Shown here: positions 44,331 through 56,786 of the stretch, in pieces | Position numbering within the stretch: position 1 is the stretch's first letter | Layout: every line of letters begins with the position of its first letter | Assembly: GCA_000004985.1 (NCBI GenBank) | Contig: GG738892.1 | Direction: 5' to 3' (one strand) | Source: Naegleria gruberi | Lineage: Eukaryota | Length of the DNA: 64,000 nucleotides | Position numbers and translations under genes: made by a program | Notes under the pieces: model-generated | Seen by the model: the letters and a program-made list of their open reading frames with translations, nothing else | Database searches by the model: none | Told to the model about the DNA's origin: nothing

Positions 44331-46055
44331 TCATGAAGATTTATCCAACTCTCCCAATCTTGCACTTTCTTCTACTAATTCTCGTGTGAGTTGAGTCCAA
44401 TCTGCTTCAAAATGATATTCTTGAATACTTGTTGCTTCTTGAATGGTTAGGAAGAGAATTTCTTCATAAGAAATTGAGACATCCAGCTTAAACTCTCTCA
44501 AAACAGTTTTATCACTGGTTTCATTCAAATTAGGAATACAAAATTCTCCCAATAATAAATTATTCCTCGGTATGTATCTTTCACCCATGTACAATTTGAA
44601 ATGGAATTGGTTTGTGGATGGGTTGACATTCTTTTGTACAGTGAACGATTTCTTGTAAGGCAGGTAAGTATTCCTATGGGCCAGAATCATCATTTTCCTA
44701 TTATGTTCAATTCCAATGCTAAGTGGCAACACAACGTGTGCCCAAAAAGTATTTCTAACTCTGAACTGTTCACAAAATACGGTAGCTCCTCTTGCCTTAA
44801 TGGTTTTTGGAGGAATGTTGTCGTATAAAACGAATTGATTATTTCCTTTGAAGAATTCTCGGATTGTAGATGAAAATTTTGAGATTTGACAACAAGCACC
44901 ACATAAAATCAAATCACTGACAGAATGAATTGATTTTGAATTCCTTTCCAATAGAGAGTTCAGTAGGGATGTAATTTTTGAGACTACTGGTGTTACTAAT
45001 TGTTCAAATTTTGGTTTGCTGAGGACTAAAGAGAAATCAACTCCATCCATCAAGGAATCTACCTGAATCAAAACATTGAGTAGATTTCTTTCGCCGTATA
45101 ATTCTTCTTTGGCAAGTTTACATACCTCATAAAGTCTGGCTCTTGCCTTTGGATTTGTAAGCTGCTTTTTTGTTTTCTTTTTAAATTCTTGCACACAATA
45201 GTTAACCAATAGCTCATCAATAGAATTTCCTGAAATGGTACTATCTGAAGTGTATTCAATCAACTCGAAAATACCTTCTTCCAAATTGTATAGTGTTGCT
45301 ATTGTACATGTAGATCCACAATTCAAAATTAACAAATCTCTGTCCGTCTTGTTATTGATGCTATATGCCAATCCAGCAGCTATCACATCTTTAATTGCTC
45401 GTTCCACTTTAAATCCTGCCATTTCAAAAGCACTTTTTAAAAACGTTAATTGTAAATCATTGTAAAATACTGGAACTGTAATAATATTTCGTTCGAAAAG
45501 ATCTTTTCCCATATCCTTTCCCAATATTTCCACTCTCAATTTATCAAATAATTTCACCATTAGGGTAAATAGTGGAATCTCAATTGAATAATTAGTTTTC
45601 GTATCAGTAATCTTAATCTGAATCAACTTGTTTAAATTCTCTACATCGTCTTTCGATTTGATATGTACATTCTCAGTAAATATTTGACTTATTAATCTCT
45701 TCTCTCCCTCAATTTCATCATTTTCCAAAATCTTGATTTCATTCAATTGATCTTGATCCGATCCCAAACAATCAATTAATCTCTTAATATTTACAATTGT
45801 AAAATCAATATATTCCTCATCACTCTCTTCAAAACCAAACAATTCAAATCGTTTAATTTTACTCTCCATCATACAAACAATAACCGTATCAACATTAGAA
45901 CCCAATCTAATAACATTCTCTCCCAAACAACCCGAGCAAATATCACTCGAAACCTTGATGAAGGAATTTCCGAAATCAATTCCGAACCAGTACCGATCCT
46001 CTCGTACAAGATTTGGCAAATAATCAGTTGCTATTATCATTTTTTTCAATTTCAA
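44331..46055 (-). CDS. Divergent Hsp70/actin-fold ATPase family protein (atypical Hsp70-like).
   Basis: Phosphate-1-like GIDFGNSFIKV (compare IDLGTTNS), LNCGSTCTIATL in place of DLGGGTFD, connect and adenosine motifs, and a KLAKEEL motif like ERAKRTLS. Key catalytic positions are substituted, suggesting a non-canonical chaperone. Confidence 0.55.
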   Translation of the reverse strand: MKLKKMIIATDYLPNLVREDRYWFGIDFGNSFIKVSSDICSGCLGENVIRLGSNVDTVIVCMMESKIKRFELFGFEESDEEYIDFTIVNIKRLIDCLGSDQDQLNEIKILENDEIEGEKRLISQIFTENVHIKSKDDVENLNKLIQIKITDTKTNYSIEIPLFTLMVKLFDKLRVEILGKDMGKDLFERNIITVPVFYNDLQLTFLKSAFEMAGFKVERAIKDVIAAGLAYSINNKTDRDLLILNCGSTCTIATLYNLEEGIFELIEYTSDSTISGNSIDELLVNYCVQEFKKKTKKQLTNPKARARLYEVCKLAKEELYGERNLLNVLIQVDSLMDGVDFSLVLSKPKFEQLVTPVVSKITSLLNSLLERNSKSIHSVSDLILCGACCQISKFSSTIREFFKGNNQFVLYDNIPPKTIKARGATVFCEQFRVRNTFWAHVVLPLSIGIEHNRKMMILAHRNTYLPYKKSFTVQKNVNPSTNQFHFKLYMGERYIPRNNLLLGEFCIPNLNETSDKTVLREFKLDVSISYEEILFLTIQEATSIQEYHFEADWTQLTRELVEESARLGELDKSS

Positions 46056-46465
46056 TTAAAATTTAGATATTTAAAAATTAATTTAAATAATAATAATTTT
46101 AGATGAGATTTTTGAAAACAAAAAAGGAGAATAGACACTTTTTGGACAAATCAAAGATAACGATCAATTAGTTCTGCAGAAATATAGATATTCATCAAAG
46201 ATATTGTTGTACCCACGAACGATATAATGAAGAACAAGAAGAATAACAACACTCAAAGATATTATATGGTACAATTTACGGAATATGTATTCAAGTAGTT
46301 CATACTACTAAAAATTACTAGACTATAGAGAGAGCGAAGTGAGAGAGTTGTTTGTTGTTTTGTTGTTGGAGAGAGAGTTTCATATGTGTATTATATAAAA
46401 TTAGTGAGTCCTCTTCTTCATATGATCAACAATGAATTCATTGGCGGGAAGTATAATAAAAAAAT

Positions 46466-47240
46466 TTACAAGAGATTGCAACCCTTCTTCTTTCCACTCT
46501 TGGTATCCTTTCCGACTGGAGTTGAAGGCTTTGACTTTCTAACTTCACGAACGAGGGCCATGAAAGCTTCATCAACGTTCAATCTTTGCTTGGCTGAGGT
46601 TTCCAAACTTGGGATGCTCAATTGCTTGGCAAATTGTTTACCTTCATCAGCACTGATGACTCTTTCAGATTCCAAATCACACTTGTTACCAACAAGAACC
46701 ATTGGGACTTTATCAGCATCCTTGACTCTCAAGATTTGTTCATAGAAATCATTGATTTCTTCAAAGGTCTTTCTGTCAATGACAGAGTAAACCAACAAGA
46801 AACCATCACCAGTTCTCATGTATTGATCTCTCAAAGCCTTGTATTCTATATAATAATTTATGTATCATCATCATAATAATATTGTTGTTGCCGGTTAATA
46901 ACAAAAAGTAAATATTTTCAAAAACAAACCTTCTTGACCGGCAGTATCCAAGATTTCCAAGAAACATGGCTTGTCATCAACTTTAGCGTGCTTTCTATAA
47001 GAATCTTCAATAGTTGGATCGTATTCTTCAACGAAGATGTTTTGAATGAATTGGACAGTCAAGGCACTTTTACCGACACCACCACCACCGACTAGAGAGT
47101 TGTATTAAATAATTATTCAAAGAAAGTTAGAAGAAAGCATATACGAAAGGTTGAAAGTTAACGTTAGAGAAGGTGAATATTTTGTTTTACATACCAACGG
47201 CGAGCTTGTATTCTTCCATACCAGAATTGTTTGAAGCCAT
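46466..47240 (-). CDS. Ras-family small GTPase, R-Ras/Rap-like, with CAAX box CNLL. Exons are 47195..47240, 46930..47091 and 46466..46855, with introns at 47092..47194 and 46856..46929.
   Basis: The spliced product reads [49 protein letters not shown]...[32 protein letters not shown]...[10 protein letters not shown]...[23 protein letters not shown]...KKKGCNLL. G1-G5 are all canonical. Junctions are GTATGT..CTAG and GTTTGT..TATAG with consistent phase. Confidence 0.85.
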
Positions 47241-47791
47241 TTTGTGAATATTTTTTTTAATTTGTGTTGGGTAACAAGTGACAGGCTGAATTACAGTTTT
47301 AAATGTCAAGCCATTAATCATAGTTCTCTGTTCACATTAAGATGCTCAACAAAGACAATTCTCTCAAACAAAAAGCATCAACATATGGCCATAGAACTCA
47401 TGGAATCGAGTACTATCTTCCACGAACACGCATGGAAAAGAGTTCTCAATACCTTTGGAGATTTGATACTGTTGGATATGTTTTACTAATTGGGTTCTTT
47501 ATGATAAATAGTACGTTATCGCTATGGTATTGAATAGTGATGGTTGTAGATGATGTCTTTACATCGATGAGGTGGGTAGTAAAAAAGATAGAATATTGGA
47601 TAATGGCATGTAGATGTTGAAATTGAATATTTTTGCGAATATTGAAGTGATAACTTCAACTAGAGTTGAAGAAAAATTTACAGTGTTGAAATTTGTAGAA
47701 AATTTAAAAAAATATTTCAGCATGGAAATTTCATTTGGTTGAATGTTTCTGGTCGGAATGTTTGGCTTCATCATGATAATGTTTTAATAAA

Positions 47792-49777
47792 TTATTTTGT
47801 TACTGAGGATGATTGTTGTAGGTAAACCCTAACTTCTCTCTTGAGTACTTTAGCTAATTGAGAGCGAGGTAAATCACCATCAAATATGTGAATAGAATTT
47901 GGTAAATCTTCCTGTGGGACCTTCTTCTCTGTGAGGAATAACATTAATTCTTCACATAGGGCCTTCTTCTTTTCCTCATCATTAACAATATCAGCCTTTC
48001 TTCCATGACGCAACGATATGGCCATAACAGCCTTCTCTTCACTCACTTGAACGTAGGCTGTTTCCTTGATGGCTGGATGATCATGAATAATTTCCTCGAC
48101 AAGTCTTGGGTAGGTAGTATGAGTAGTGGAAGATGTTGTCTTGGTAGTATCATCATTATCATCATGATTGTTATTTGTAGAGATTGAAGATGCAGAACTA
48201 TTAATCCTTCTCTCAATAACATCAGCCCTTCTTCCCAAGACGTACAATCGACCCTCTCTCAAGTAGCCAACATCTCCAATGTGAAGCCATCCTCCTTTGA
48301 GTGTCTTTTCCGTCATTTCCTGATTCTTAATGTATCCCTTGAATTGTGTAGGACTCTTGACGAGAATGTTACCTATTGGAGGAGGTTTGCTCTTGTCTGT
48401 CCACTCCAAAACCTTATCATCATCATCAGCAATAACAACTTGAACCTGAGGAACAACAATACCAACAGAACTCAACACTGAGCGAGGAGCCCATCTGTAT
48501 TTTCCATTCTCGTCTATAGTATTGCTCTCTAAAAGGTGATTTGTTGTGGAAAGCATGGAAACTGGTGGAAGAACTTCAGCAGAGCCATATCCTTGTTGAA
48601 GAATTGGACCAAAACGAGCAAGGGCCTCTTCTAATTTTCCTACCGGCATTAATTCAGTTCCATAAATAATATTGGTGAGGGAAGAAAGATCGACCTTGTC
48701 AATATTTGGTGAATCCAACAAATCTATCAACAAGCTAGGAGTTGTGAATAGTCTAGTAACTTTGTACTTGGGAATCAACTTTAAAAATTCTTCAGCTGTA
48801 AATTCAGATGGAATAAGGAGAGCTCCTCCCGATATCAGAGTAGGGATAACCATGCCACTTCCAGCACCATTAGTAGGAATACCAACAAGAGAAACTTCAT
48901 TAATTTTCTCAGGATCAATGCTTGGATCTAATTTTGACTTGTCAATTGGAGGAGAGGAAAAACTCACTGGTCCAAGCTCTACATTTCTAATAGTAAGTGT
49001 AAGACTGAGGATGAATAGACCATGATTAGCACTAAGACATTTAGGAACTGAAGTAGTACCACTAGTAAAGCCCAAACTGTACCAATCATCAGGATTGATC
49101 ACATTGGATGAATATTGATAAAAGTCAGATTTTGATTTTTTGGAATTTGTAACAATATTGTTAAACTCTTCATCAATAACATCAAATGATAACAAACTAA
49201 TCTGTGGAACTATTTCTTTGAGTAGTTGAGAAGATTCTTCACCAGCACGTCTATCATATAGGAAACAATAATTCCTGTCCTCTCTAATTTCAACCTTATC
49301 CATCACATGCAAGAGTAATTCCTTGCCTGCATTTCTAGGAATATTCACTAGAATAATTCCACTCTCAAAGCATGCTAACATGGCCAGGATGTACTCTGAA
49401 CCTTCTGGCAGCAAGGTAAATAGATAATCACCCTTTCTCAATGATGCTTTATTTGTGAGAACTGTCAATAAGGTCAACATTCTTTCCTTCAGTTCCGAAT
49501 AGGTGAGTGGTTTTATCGAAGGAGAAATGAGAGCATACTTATCGTTGGCATATCGTTTGTATGCAAATCGAAACACATCCCTCGGTATTGAAAACCTACT
49601 CATCAGCAACAAGAGGAACTGTTTTCTGAACCATGTTAAAATCGACATTTTTTTGTACTGGATCTGGATGCAAACGTATTCGACCATTCGCTTAATTGAT
49701 TGATTGGAAACAAATCTCATGTTCCAGTACATGAGCAAGAATTCGATTTGGTATGCATTTTCAATACATTTTAACAT
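47792..49777 (-). CDS. AMP-dependent synthetase/ligase (acyl-CoA synthetase family).
   Basis: AMP-binding motif LGFTSGTTSVPKCL (compare SGTTGxPKG), GYGSAEV (compare GYGxTE), and the hinge WLHIGDVGYLREGRLYVLGRRADVIER. There is a low-complexity N/D/T-rich insert near the C-terminus. The true start may be an internal Met (MSILTWF). Confidence 0.75.
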   Translation of the reverse strand: MLKCIENAYQIEFLLMYWNMRFVSNQSIKRMVEYVCIQIQYKKMSILTWFRKQFLLLLMSRFSIPRDVFRFAYKRYANDKYALISPSIKPLTYSELKERMLTLLTVLTNKASLRKGDYLFTLLPEGSEYILAMLACFESGIILVNIPRNAGKELLLHVMDKVEIREDRNYCFLYDRRAGEESSQLLKEIVPQISLLSFDVIDEEFNNIVTNSKKSKSDFYQYSSNVINPDDWYSLGFTSGTTSVPKCLSANHGLFILSLTLTIRNVELGPVSFSSPPIDKSKLDPSIDPEKINEVSLVGIPTNGAGSGMVIPTLISGGALLIPSEFTAEEFLKLIPKYKVTRLFTTPSLLIDLLDSPNIDKVDLSSLTNIIYGTELMPVGKLEEALARFGPILQQGYGSAEVLPPVSMLSTTNHLLESNTIDENGKYRWAPRSVLSSVGIVVPQVQVVIADDDDKVLEWTDKSKPPPIGNILVKSPTQFKGYIKNQEMTEKTLKGGWLHIGDVGYLREGRLYVLGRRADVIERRINSSASSISTNNNHDDNDDTTKTTSSTTHTTYPRLVEEIIHDHPAIKETAYVQVSEEKAVMAISLRHGRKADIVNDEEKKKALCEELMLFLTEKKVPQEDLPNSIHIFDGDLPRSQLAKVLKREVRVYLQQSSSVTK

Positions 49778-50041
49778 TCTTTGCTGATTTGGAAAGGTTT
49801 AGATCATCATCTTAATATTGTAAACACATTGAATTCATCCATTAGAACCTTTTTTATTGTTTACAATTACTGCCAACCAATGAAAACCCATCCAAACTCT
49901 ACCTTTTACCTTCCACTGCACATAATATGGAACATTGAATAATAGCGATTCAGGTTCTTCTTCATTTTCTTTTAAAATCTCCTTCCATTTCCAGAACTTT
50001 ATCAGTACCAAATCATCACGAATTTAATTTCCAAAAACAAA

Positions 50042-53000
50042 ATGACAACCTCTACTCAACCGTTCACACATGGTTCATCATCACCCTCTACATCATCAAC
50101 AACTGTTTTACCCATAACAGATGTAGGAGGAGGAGGAGTTGATTCATCATCTAGGGTTGAATTGATGAAGGATGAGCATTATCAAAGAATGGAAAAGAAG
50201 GAACATGATGAAGATGGTTATAGAGTGTTCTTTGGTGATAGACAGTTGAATATGAAGCAGGTTAGGAGGGGATGGTTCGGGATGAAGAGGAAAAGATTTT
50301 CCGATAATAGTGTTTCAACTACAAAGGTATGTTCAACTCAGATGAACTATTTAATATTTATTAATAATATTTAATATTTAATATTTTTTGTAATCAATAA
50401 CATGCTGTTGATTGATGGAATGGCAAATTTTGTGTGAAATTAGTACACGTGGTGGAATTTCATTGTGTTGAATTTATTTCACCAATTGAAACATTTGAGT
50501 AATTTGTACTTTCTCCTAGCTCTGATTTTTGCATTCATTCCTGGAGTGAGTCCAACAACGCCCATTACACAATTACAAATAATTTTCATTATTTTGGTGA
50601 ATATGTTGAGAGAGGGAGGTGAAGATATATTGAGATATCTCAATGATAGAAAGGTCAATAGAAAGATGACGAATGTTTTGGTGGAGGATAAAGTGGTGCC
50701 AATTCACACGAGTAAGGTGAGAGTGGGGGATATTGTGAGAGTGGAATGTGATGAGACTATACCTGCTGATATGATTTTGTTGGGATCGTGTCATTGTGAG
50801 GAGGAATCAGATGGAAGAGTTTCACTTTCGTCCAATTGCAAAATTGAAACTGCCAATTTGGATGGTGAGACAAATTTAAAGACAAGATTTGGAATTTTGA
50901 ATGAAACAGTTCAAATGCCATCAAATCAAACAAAAGAGAATGTAATAATCAATACCTTGTTACAAATTAAGGGAAGTGTCGATTGTGAACTTCCAAGTGA
51001 AAATTTACACAGTTTCAAAGCTAGTGCTCTACTGAAATATTCACAGAATGAATCACAATCGAGATTAATTCCCATCAATCAACAACACTTACTTTTGAAA
51101 GGAACAATCCTCAAAGCAACTGAATATGTCTATGGATTGGTGATTTATTGTGGAAAGGACACCAAAATGATGAGAAACATGCAGAAAGGAAGAGTTAAAT
51201 TCACCTCTGTGAATTTTACAATGAATATCATGATTGGTATCTTGTTTGTGATCATGTGCTGTTTGTGTATTGCCTTTGCAGGAGTTTCGTCCTATTTTGA
51301 ATTCACACTTGCCAAAATTTCAAGCTACACTGGTAAATCTACATTGAATGTCAGCAATGCTGCCAGTGTTGTGCTCTCCATGATGACATTCTTTATTCTT
51401 TTCAATTCGTTGATTCCAATTTCTCTATTTGTGACTTTGGAATTTGTTAGAATGTTTCAGGCATGGCTTGTGAATATGGATAATGAAATGGCAGTTTACG
51501 ATGCTGATCCACATGATCCAGTATCGAGAAAGACACTCATTTCTGCATCTTCACTCTCTTCTGAGCTTTTACCTGATTTGGCAACAGTTGACATTATATT
51601 CTCAGATAAGACTGGTACTCTGACAGAAAATTCCATGATTTTCAACAAGATTTGTTTTGGAACAAACTATGTTCATGATGATAAGGTCAATAATGGTCAA
51701 CTAAACACTTTGATTCAACAATCTCTTAAAGAAACAACTGATCAAGCTCAAACAAATGATTCAAAGAATGAAAATACGTTTGGAGAGGATGAATTATTCC
51801 AATCTCTGAATACCATGCTACTTCTCTCACTGTGCCACAATGTAGATGTGAGAGCTTCTGACGATTCTCAATCTTCCTCAGTGGAATTATTGGAAAATGT
51901 CGAAGAAACTCGTCCATACTATGAAGGAGCTAGTGTTGATGAAGTTGCTCTTGTGAATGGTGCTTTCAATAATGGGTTCAAGTTGAAATTTTACTCTGAA
52001 AAGAAAACCATCGTCTCCATATTTGGAATTGATTATACCTTTGAAAGATTGTGTGAAATACCCTTCACACCAGAGAGAAAGAGAATGTCAACCATTTTCA
52101 AAATTCCTAAAGAATTTCTTCAAGCTTTCCCAATTTACAGAAGGAAGACAGGACTTGAAAATGAAGAATCACTTGTCGTCTGTTTCACAAAAGGAGCAGA
52201 CAGTTTTTTATTCCCATACATTGAGGAAAATCAATCGAATTCAGCACTGAAAGGTAAACTTGAACAGCATATTTTGGAGTTTGCCAAAGATGGACTCAGA
52301 ACACTGTTACTGGCCTACAAGTTTATTCCAAATCAGAATATAGTTGATGAGTTTGTTATCAAGTATAATGAATTGAAATCAAAGCAAGAAGTTCAACAAG
52401 AGTTGTTAGATACATTGGAAAATGAAATGGAGAGAAATTTACAAATTTCTGGAGCTACTGGAATTGAAGATTCACTTCAGGAGAAAGTTCCAGAGACTGT
52501 CAAATTCTTCCTTGATGCTGGTCTTCAATTGTGGATGCTGACTGGAGATAAGACTGAAACGGCGATCAACATTGCAGGAATGTCTAATTTTATTGGAAAG
52601 GAAACTAGACTAATCTATCTTAATGGAGAAGAATTTAAATCAGATCAATGCATGGAACAATTACAAATCAAACAAAAAGAAATTGGAGAAGAGACGGATG
52701 TAGCTCTTGTCATTGATGGATTGGCCCTTTCCTATTGTGTCGAAAACAATGAGAAACAAGATTTATTCTTTGAAATTGTGAAAAAATGCAAGACTGTCAT
52801 TTGTTGTAGAGCTACCCCAAAGCAAAAATCACTTCTTGTTGGTATTGCACAAAGGAAATTGAAAAAGAAAGGATTAGCTATAGGAGATGGTGCCAATGAT
52901 GGTAAGTTTATGGTTAGAATTTGAATTTTTACAATTAATAGTTCCAATGATTCAAAAGGCAAAGATTGGTGTAGGGATTATTGGAAAGGAAGGATCTCAA

Positions 53001-53828
53001 GCAAAGCTCAATTCTGATTTTGCCATTCCAAGATTCCACATGTTGAGAAAATTATTGGCTGTTCATGGAAGATACTCATTTAAGAGATGTGCCAAACACA
53101 TCTTTTATAGTTTCTACAAGAATATCAGCGTCACTTGTTTGCAGATCTATTTCACCTTCTATACCATGTATTCAGGTCAGACACTTGTGGATGCCAATAA
53201 CCTTTCGTGGTGGAATTTATTCTTTACCATTCTCAATACGTTCATTTATGGTTGGTTCGATAAGGATATTCGTGAATCAAAATTATTGGATGAAAAACTT
53301 GGACCTAAACTGTATGCCAGTTTAAAGAAGGAGAATATCTTTAATCTCTACATGTTTACAAGATGGATTGGATCTGGTATTGTTCACTCATTGATAATTT
53401 TCATGGTGGTGATTTATGGAACTGAGGGTTCCATTTTCGGCAATGGACAAGATTCAGATAGTTTGTGGCTTAAATCTGTGTTGGCAACTTCATGCATGAT
53501 TTGTGTTGTGAATTTTAAGTGTTATTTGGAGATGGAAGACTTTACAATTATTAATCATGTATGCATGTTCCTTTCGTTTGTGATTTTCTATGGATACAAT
53601 ATTTTGCTAACAGCTTATCCAAAAACTATTGGAGTAGTAATGACTGACACTTATTTATTTGGAGCTTGGGATGGTGGAATACGATCTGCTATCTTCTGGT
53701 TTGTCCACATCTTTGGTATTGTTGTTCCATTGAGTTTGGATCTTGCTGGTCATGGTTTTAAAGTGCTTTTTTGGCCTGATGAATATCAGAAAGTGAAATT
53801 GATGAAACTTCCAGAACCAAAAGTGTAA
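50042..53828 (+). CDS. P4-type ATPase (phospholipid flippase). Exons are 50042..50326, 50444..52901 and 52942..53828, with introns at 50327..50443 and 52902..52941.
   Basis: The exon 1/2 junction gives NSVSTTKYTWWNFIVLNLFHQL...LYFLLALIF, the P4 N-terminal NxIxTxKY motif. Phosphorylation site DKTGTLTEN. P4 hinge TGDKTETAINIA. GDGANDG|VPMIQKAKIGVGIIGKEGSQA spans the 40-nt GTAAGT..ATAG intron. Ten TM segments are predicted. Confidence 0.85.
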
Positions 53829-56498
53829 TTACATCAATAAACATGATTGGTTATCCTCATTTGTTGCTGTAACAATATCTGATTTTCCAAATCCCGTATT
53901 ATTTTCCATAATTGTTGAAGATGTTTCCTCTTCTACATCAGTTTGTTCCAACAATTCTTTTTGAAGAACAGCTGTTGAATATAGGCCACCAACAACCGAC
54001 TTGTATAGTTCGGTATTCTTCCTTGATTTTGATAATGTCCTATCAAATGCACTCCAAAATGTTACATCCTGCCCTTCATGGTGTGAAAACTTGATAGAGC
54101 CAACCATAATTTGATTTGATTTGTAAAATCTAAATGTGTAGATGAGTGAAAGAACATCCTTCGTCTTGAACATGTGATCGATAGTAAGAGTTCCAACAAT
54201 AACTTCACCATGATTCGGTAACCTATTGAAAAACCCTTGTCTGTATGCCATATCCATAAAATCAGCCTTCTCCCTCAAATATTCCAATATCTTGTCAGAT
54301 ATTATTTTGAAATCCAATCCAAATAATAGATATTTCTTGTTGGAAATTTCAGGGACATATTTGGTTTTTTGATTGTTTTGGAAAATACTAGTTAATGCAG
54401 AATCATTAATTTTGTAATTGTCCATTTCAATTGGATGTGAGATGAGACTTTTGATTTCAATCCATAATTTGTGCATTTGTTTAGCCCAGCTTGGATGAAT
54501 GCTGAAATTCTGTGTAATAATAGGAACATTATCCATATTTAAAAACTCTAACTTTTTCAGATTGGAAATATCCAGAGAAGACAATTCACAGGTCTCTCTT
54601 GTGGTACTATTCTGATTAAAGACGAATCTATTACACCCTGCTAAATCTAAAAGGATGAGATTTTCCAAATCTTCTATACACTGTACGTTCAAAACTCTTT
54701 GTTGTGGAACAGATTTTAAAACGAATACTTCCAACTTTTTCAAGTCAACAATAGATAGACAATCAAAATTTCCATCAATGTTTGGGAATTTCAAATATTT
54801 CAAATTTTTAAAGCTCTCAAACTTGGGATAGGAGTTAAAAGTGCTATCTTCACATATGATAGACTCTGCATTGTTGCCAAGATTTTTGAAAAATTGTTCT
54901 GTGCTGTGAATGGCAGATTGAGAGATATGGATTTGTTTCACTTTGGAGCAACATGCCCACACATTAGGTTCAAATGGTATAGATGGTATAACTATTCCGC
55001 AAAGAGTCAAACTTTGGAGAGAAGGAGCTACAAGTTTTGAGATAATTGACATGTTATGGGTTGAAGTCATTTTAAAGCTTTCAAGTTTTGAAAATATGTT
55101 AGGAATGATGAACAAGTTAGACTCTTGGCGCTCTTCAATAATGGTAAGGTTTCTGCATGATTCTATGTTAAAATGAATATTTTCAGATGGGAGTTTCACT
55201 CGGGCACTCTTGTTAAAAATACATGTTAGAGAAAGGTTGATTAATGTATCGTTCAGCTTGCAAAGCCACTCCAATTGGCTCCACATGCTCATATTAATTA
55301 TTGTAAAATTCAATCGTGTAATTTTCGTAAAATTAACAAGATACTCCAACATTTGAATCAGAGTGTTGACAGATGTTTCAATATTAGGAGAATACGTAGA
55401 ATCGGTAATGTTCGAAATGTCAAAGCATAGAGACAATTCTTGGAGATTGCATCGAGGTTGGAATGTTGTTGAGGTTAGCATGTTTGGATTTATGCTCTGA
55501 AATCCTGTAAATAGTGAATTGAGAAGAAATACATCTTGTGGAGTCTTGATGGCCAAGCTACATCTGAAAGATTCGAGAAGCAGGTTCTCTCTTATTTCAT
55601 TTCTTGAACAAAGAATATTCTTACAATAACTCAGTACATCCCCAATTGTTATACTATTACAATGAGTTCCCAAGTCAAGATCGAGATGTTTCAAGGTCCA
55701 CTGTCCAGCATGATGATCGTTGGAAGAAAACTTCTTGATCATATCCAAAAACAATTTAGCAATTTCAGTGTTTGATGTTAGTTTCAATTTTAATCCTTCC
55801 AATATGTTGAAAAGTCCAATTCCATAATTTTCCAAAGTGAATAATTTTGAAATAGTTGAAAATATTGGAGAGTCCGCTTCAATGTCCTTATAAATCGTGA
55901 GTGAGGATTCAAATTCCATGTATTTTACATTTTTTGTGTTTGCCTGCAAGAAGATTGTCAACATTTTACAAATACAATTATCGAATACTTGTTTGAAATT
56001 TTCATCCCCAATCACATCGCACAGCACATGAATAAATTCAACTCTCTGGTCATAATGTTTCATGTTACTTGAAATGATTTTTCTAGTTGATGTTAAACCT
56101 TGCACTTCAGGAGTGAGATTCCACGTATTTCTCCAAGATTTGAATGCACCTTGCTTTGATTTAAAATAGGGTTCAAAAACACTCAATGTTGATAAATTTG
56201 ATGACTTTTTCTCCTCCGATATTGGTAAGAATTGTTCAATAATTTCCTTACTATTTGGAGCAATTAAAAGACCTTCATGAACAGTCCTATAAAACTCTCT
56301 ATTCGTCAATGCTGCTCTCTTGATCAATGTCCAACTATCGAGAAAGGAAAAGATCATTCTGAGAACATAATTATGTTGTTGTTCATTCGATAAATCTCTT
56401 CTATCGCAACCCATTAATAATTTACCAAATGGTTGTTCTTGTCTCTTCATCGATGATGAATATTTACATTCTTTGTATGATGATGGAAGACTTTTCAT
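53829..56498 (-). CDS. F-box-like/LRR-type large protein (889 aa).
   Basis: N-terminal F-box-like NYVLRMIFSFLDSWTLIKRAALTNREFYRTV. The rest is leucine/isoleucine-rich and repeat-like with no enzymatic motif. The stop codon abuts the stop of the convergent P4-ATPase gene with zero spacing. Confidence 0.55.
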   Translation of the reverse strand: MKSLPSSYKECKYSSSMKRQEQPFGKLLMGCDRRDLSNEQQHNYVLRMIFSFLDSWTLIKRAALTNREFYRTVHEGLLIAPNSKEIIEQFLPISEEKKSSNLSTLSVFEPYFKSKQGAFKSWRNTWNLTPEVQGLTSTRKIISSNMKHYDQRVEFIHVLCDVIGDENFKQVFDNCICKMLTIFLQANTKNVKYMEFESSLTIYKDIEADSPIFSTISKLFTLENYGIGLFNILEGLKLKLTSNTEIAKLFLDMIKKFSSNDHHAGQWTLKHLDLDLGTHCNSITIGDVLSYCKNILCSRNEIRENLLLESFRCSLAIKTPQDVFLLNSLFTGFQSINPNMLTSTTFQPRCNLQELSLCFDISNITDSTYSPNIETSVNTLIQMLEYLVNFTKITRLNFTIINMSMWSQLEWLCKLNDTLINLSLTCIFNKSARVKLPSENIHFNIESCRNLTIIEERQESNLFIIPNIFSKLESFKMTSTHNMSIISKLVAPSLQSLTLCGIVIPSIPFEPNVWACCSKVKQIHISQSAIHSTEQFFKNLGNNAESIICEDSTFNSYPKFESFKNLKYLKFPNIDGNFDCLSIVDLKKLEVFVLKSVPQQRVLNVQCIEDLENLILLDLAGCNRFVFNQNSTTRETCELSSLDISNLKKLEFLNMDNVPIITQNFSIHPSWAKQMHKLWIEIKSLISHPIEMDNYKINDSALTSIFQNNQKTKYVPEISNKKYLLFGLDFKIISDKILEYLREKADFMDMAYRQGFFNRLPNHGEVIVGTLTIDHMFKTKDVLSLIYTFRFYKSNQIMVGSIKFSHHEGQDVTFWSAFDRTLSKSRKNTELYKSVVGGLYSTAVLQKELLEQTDVEEETSSTIMENNTGFGKSDIVTATNEDNQSCLLM

Positions 56499-56786
56499 CT
56501 TGTTTTTTTCCGTTAGTTATTCGTTAATAATAATATCAGCTATCGGATGAATATTGTTGTATTCCATAGACTTCACTATCCAATTTACCAAAATCATGAT
56601 ATGAAACTCTATGCAACGGTGGCAATGATGTAATCATGACGTCATTGATTTGTCTCTAATTTTTTCTAAAATAAAAAAAATAAAACAACAAAGCCTTATG
56701 ATGATAAAATGTTAAAAGATATGATGATTTGATTGAGAAAAACGATCCGAATGTTGTGCGATTACATACATTTGATCTGTATTAAT

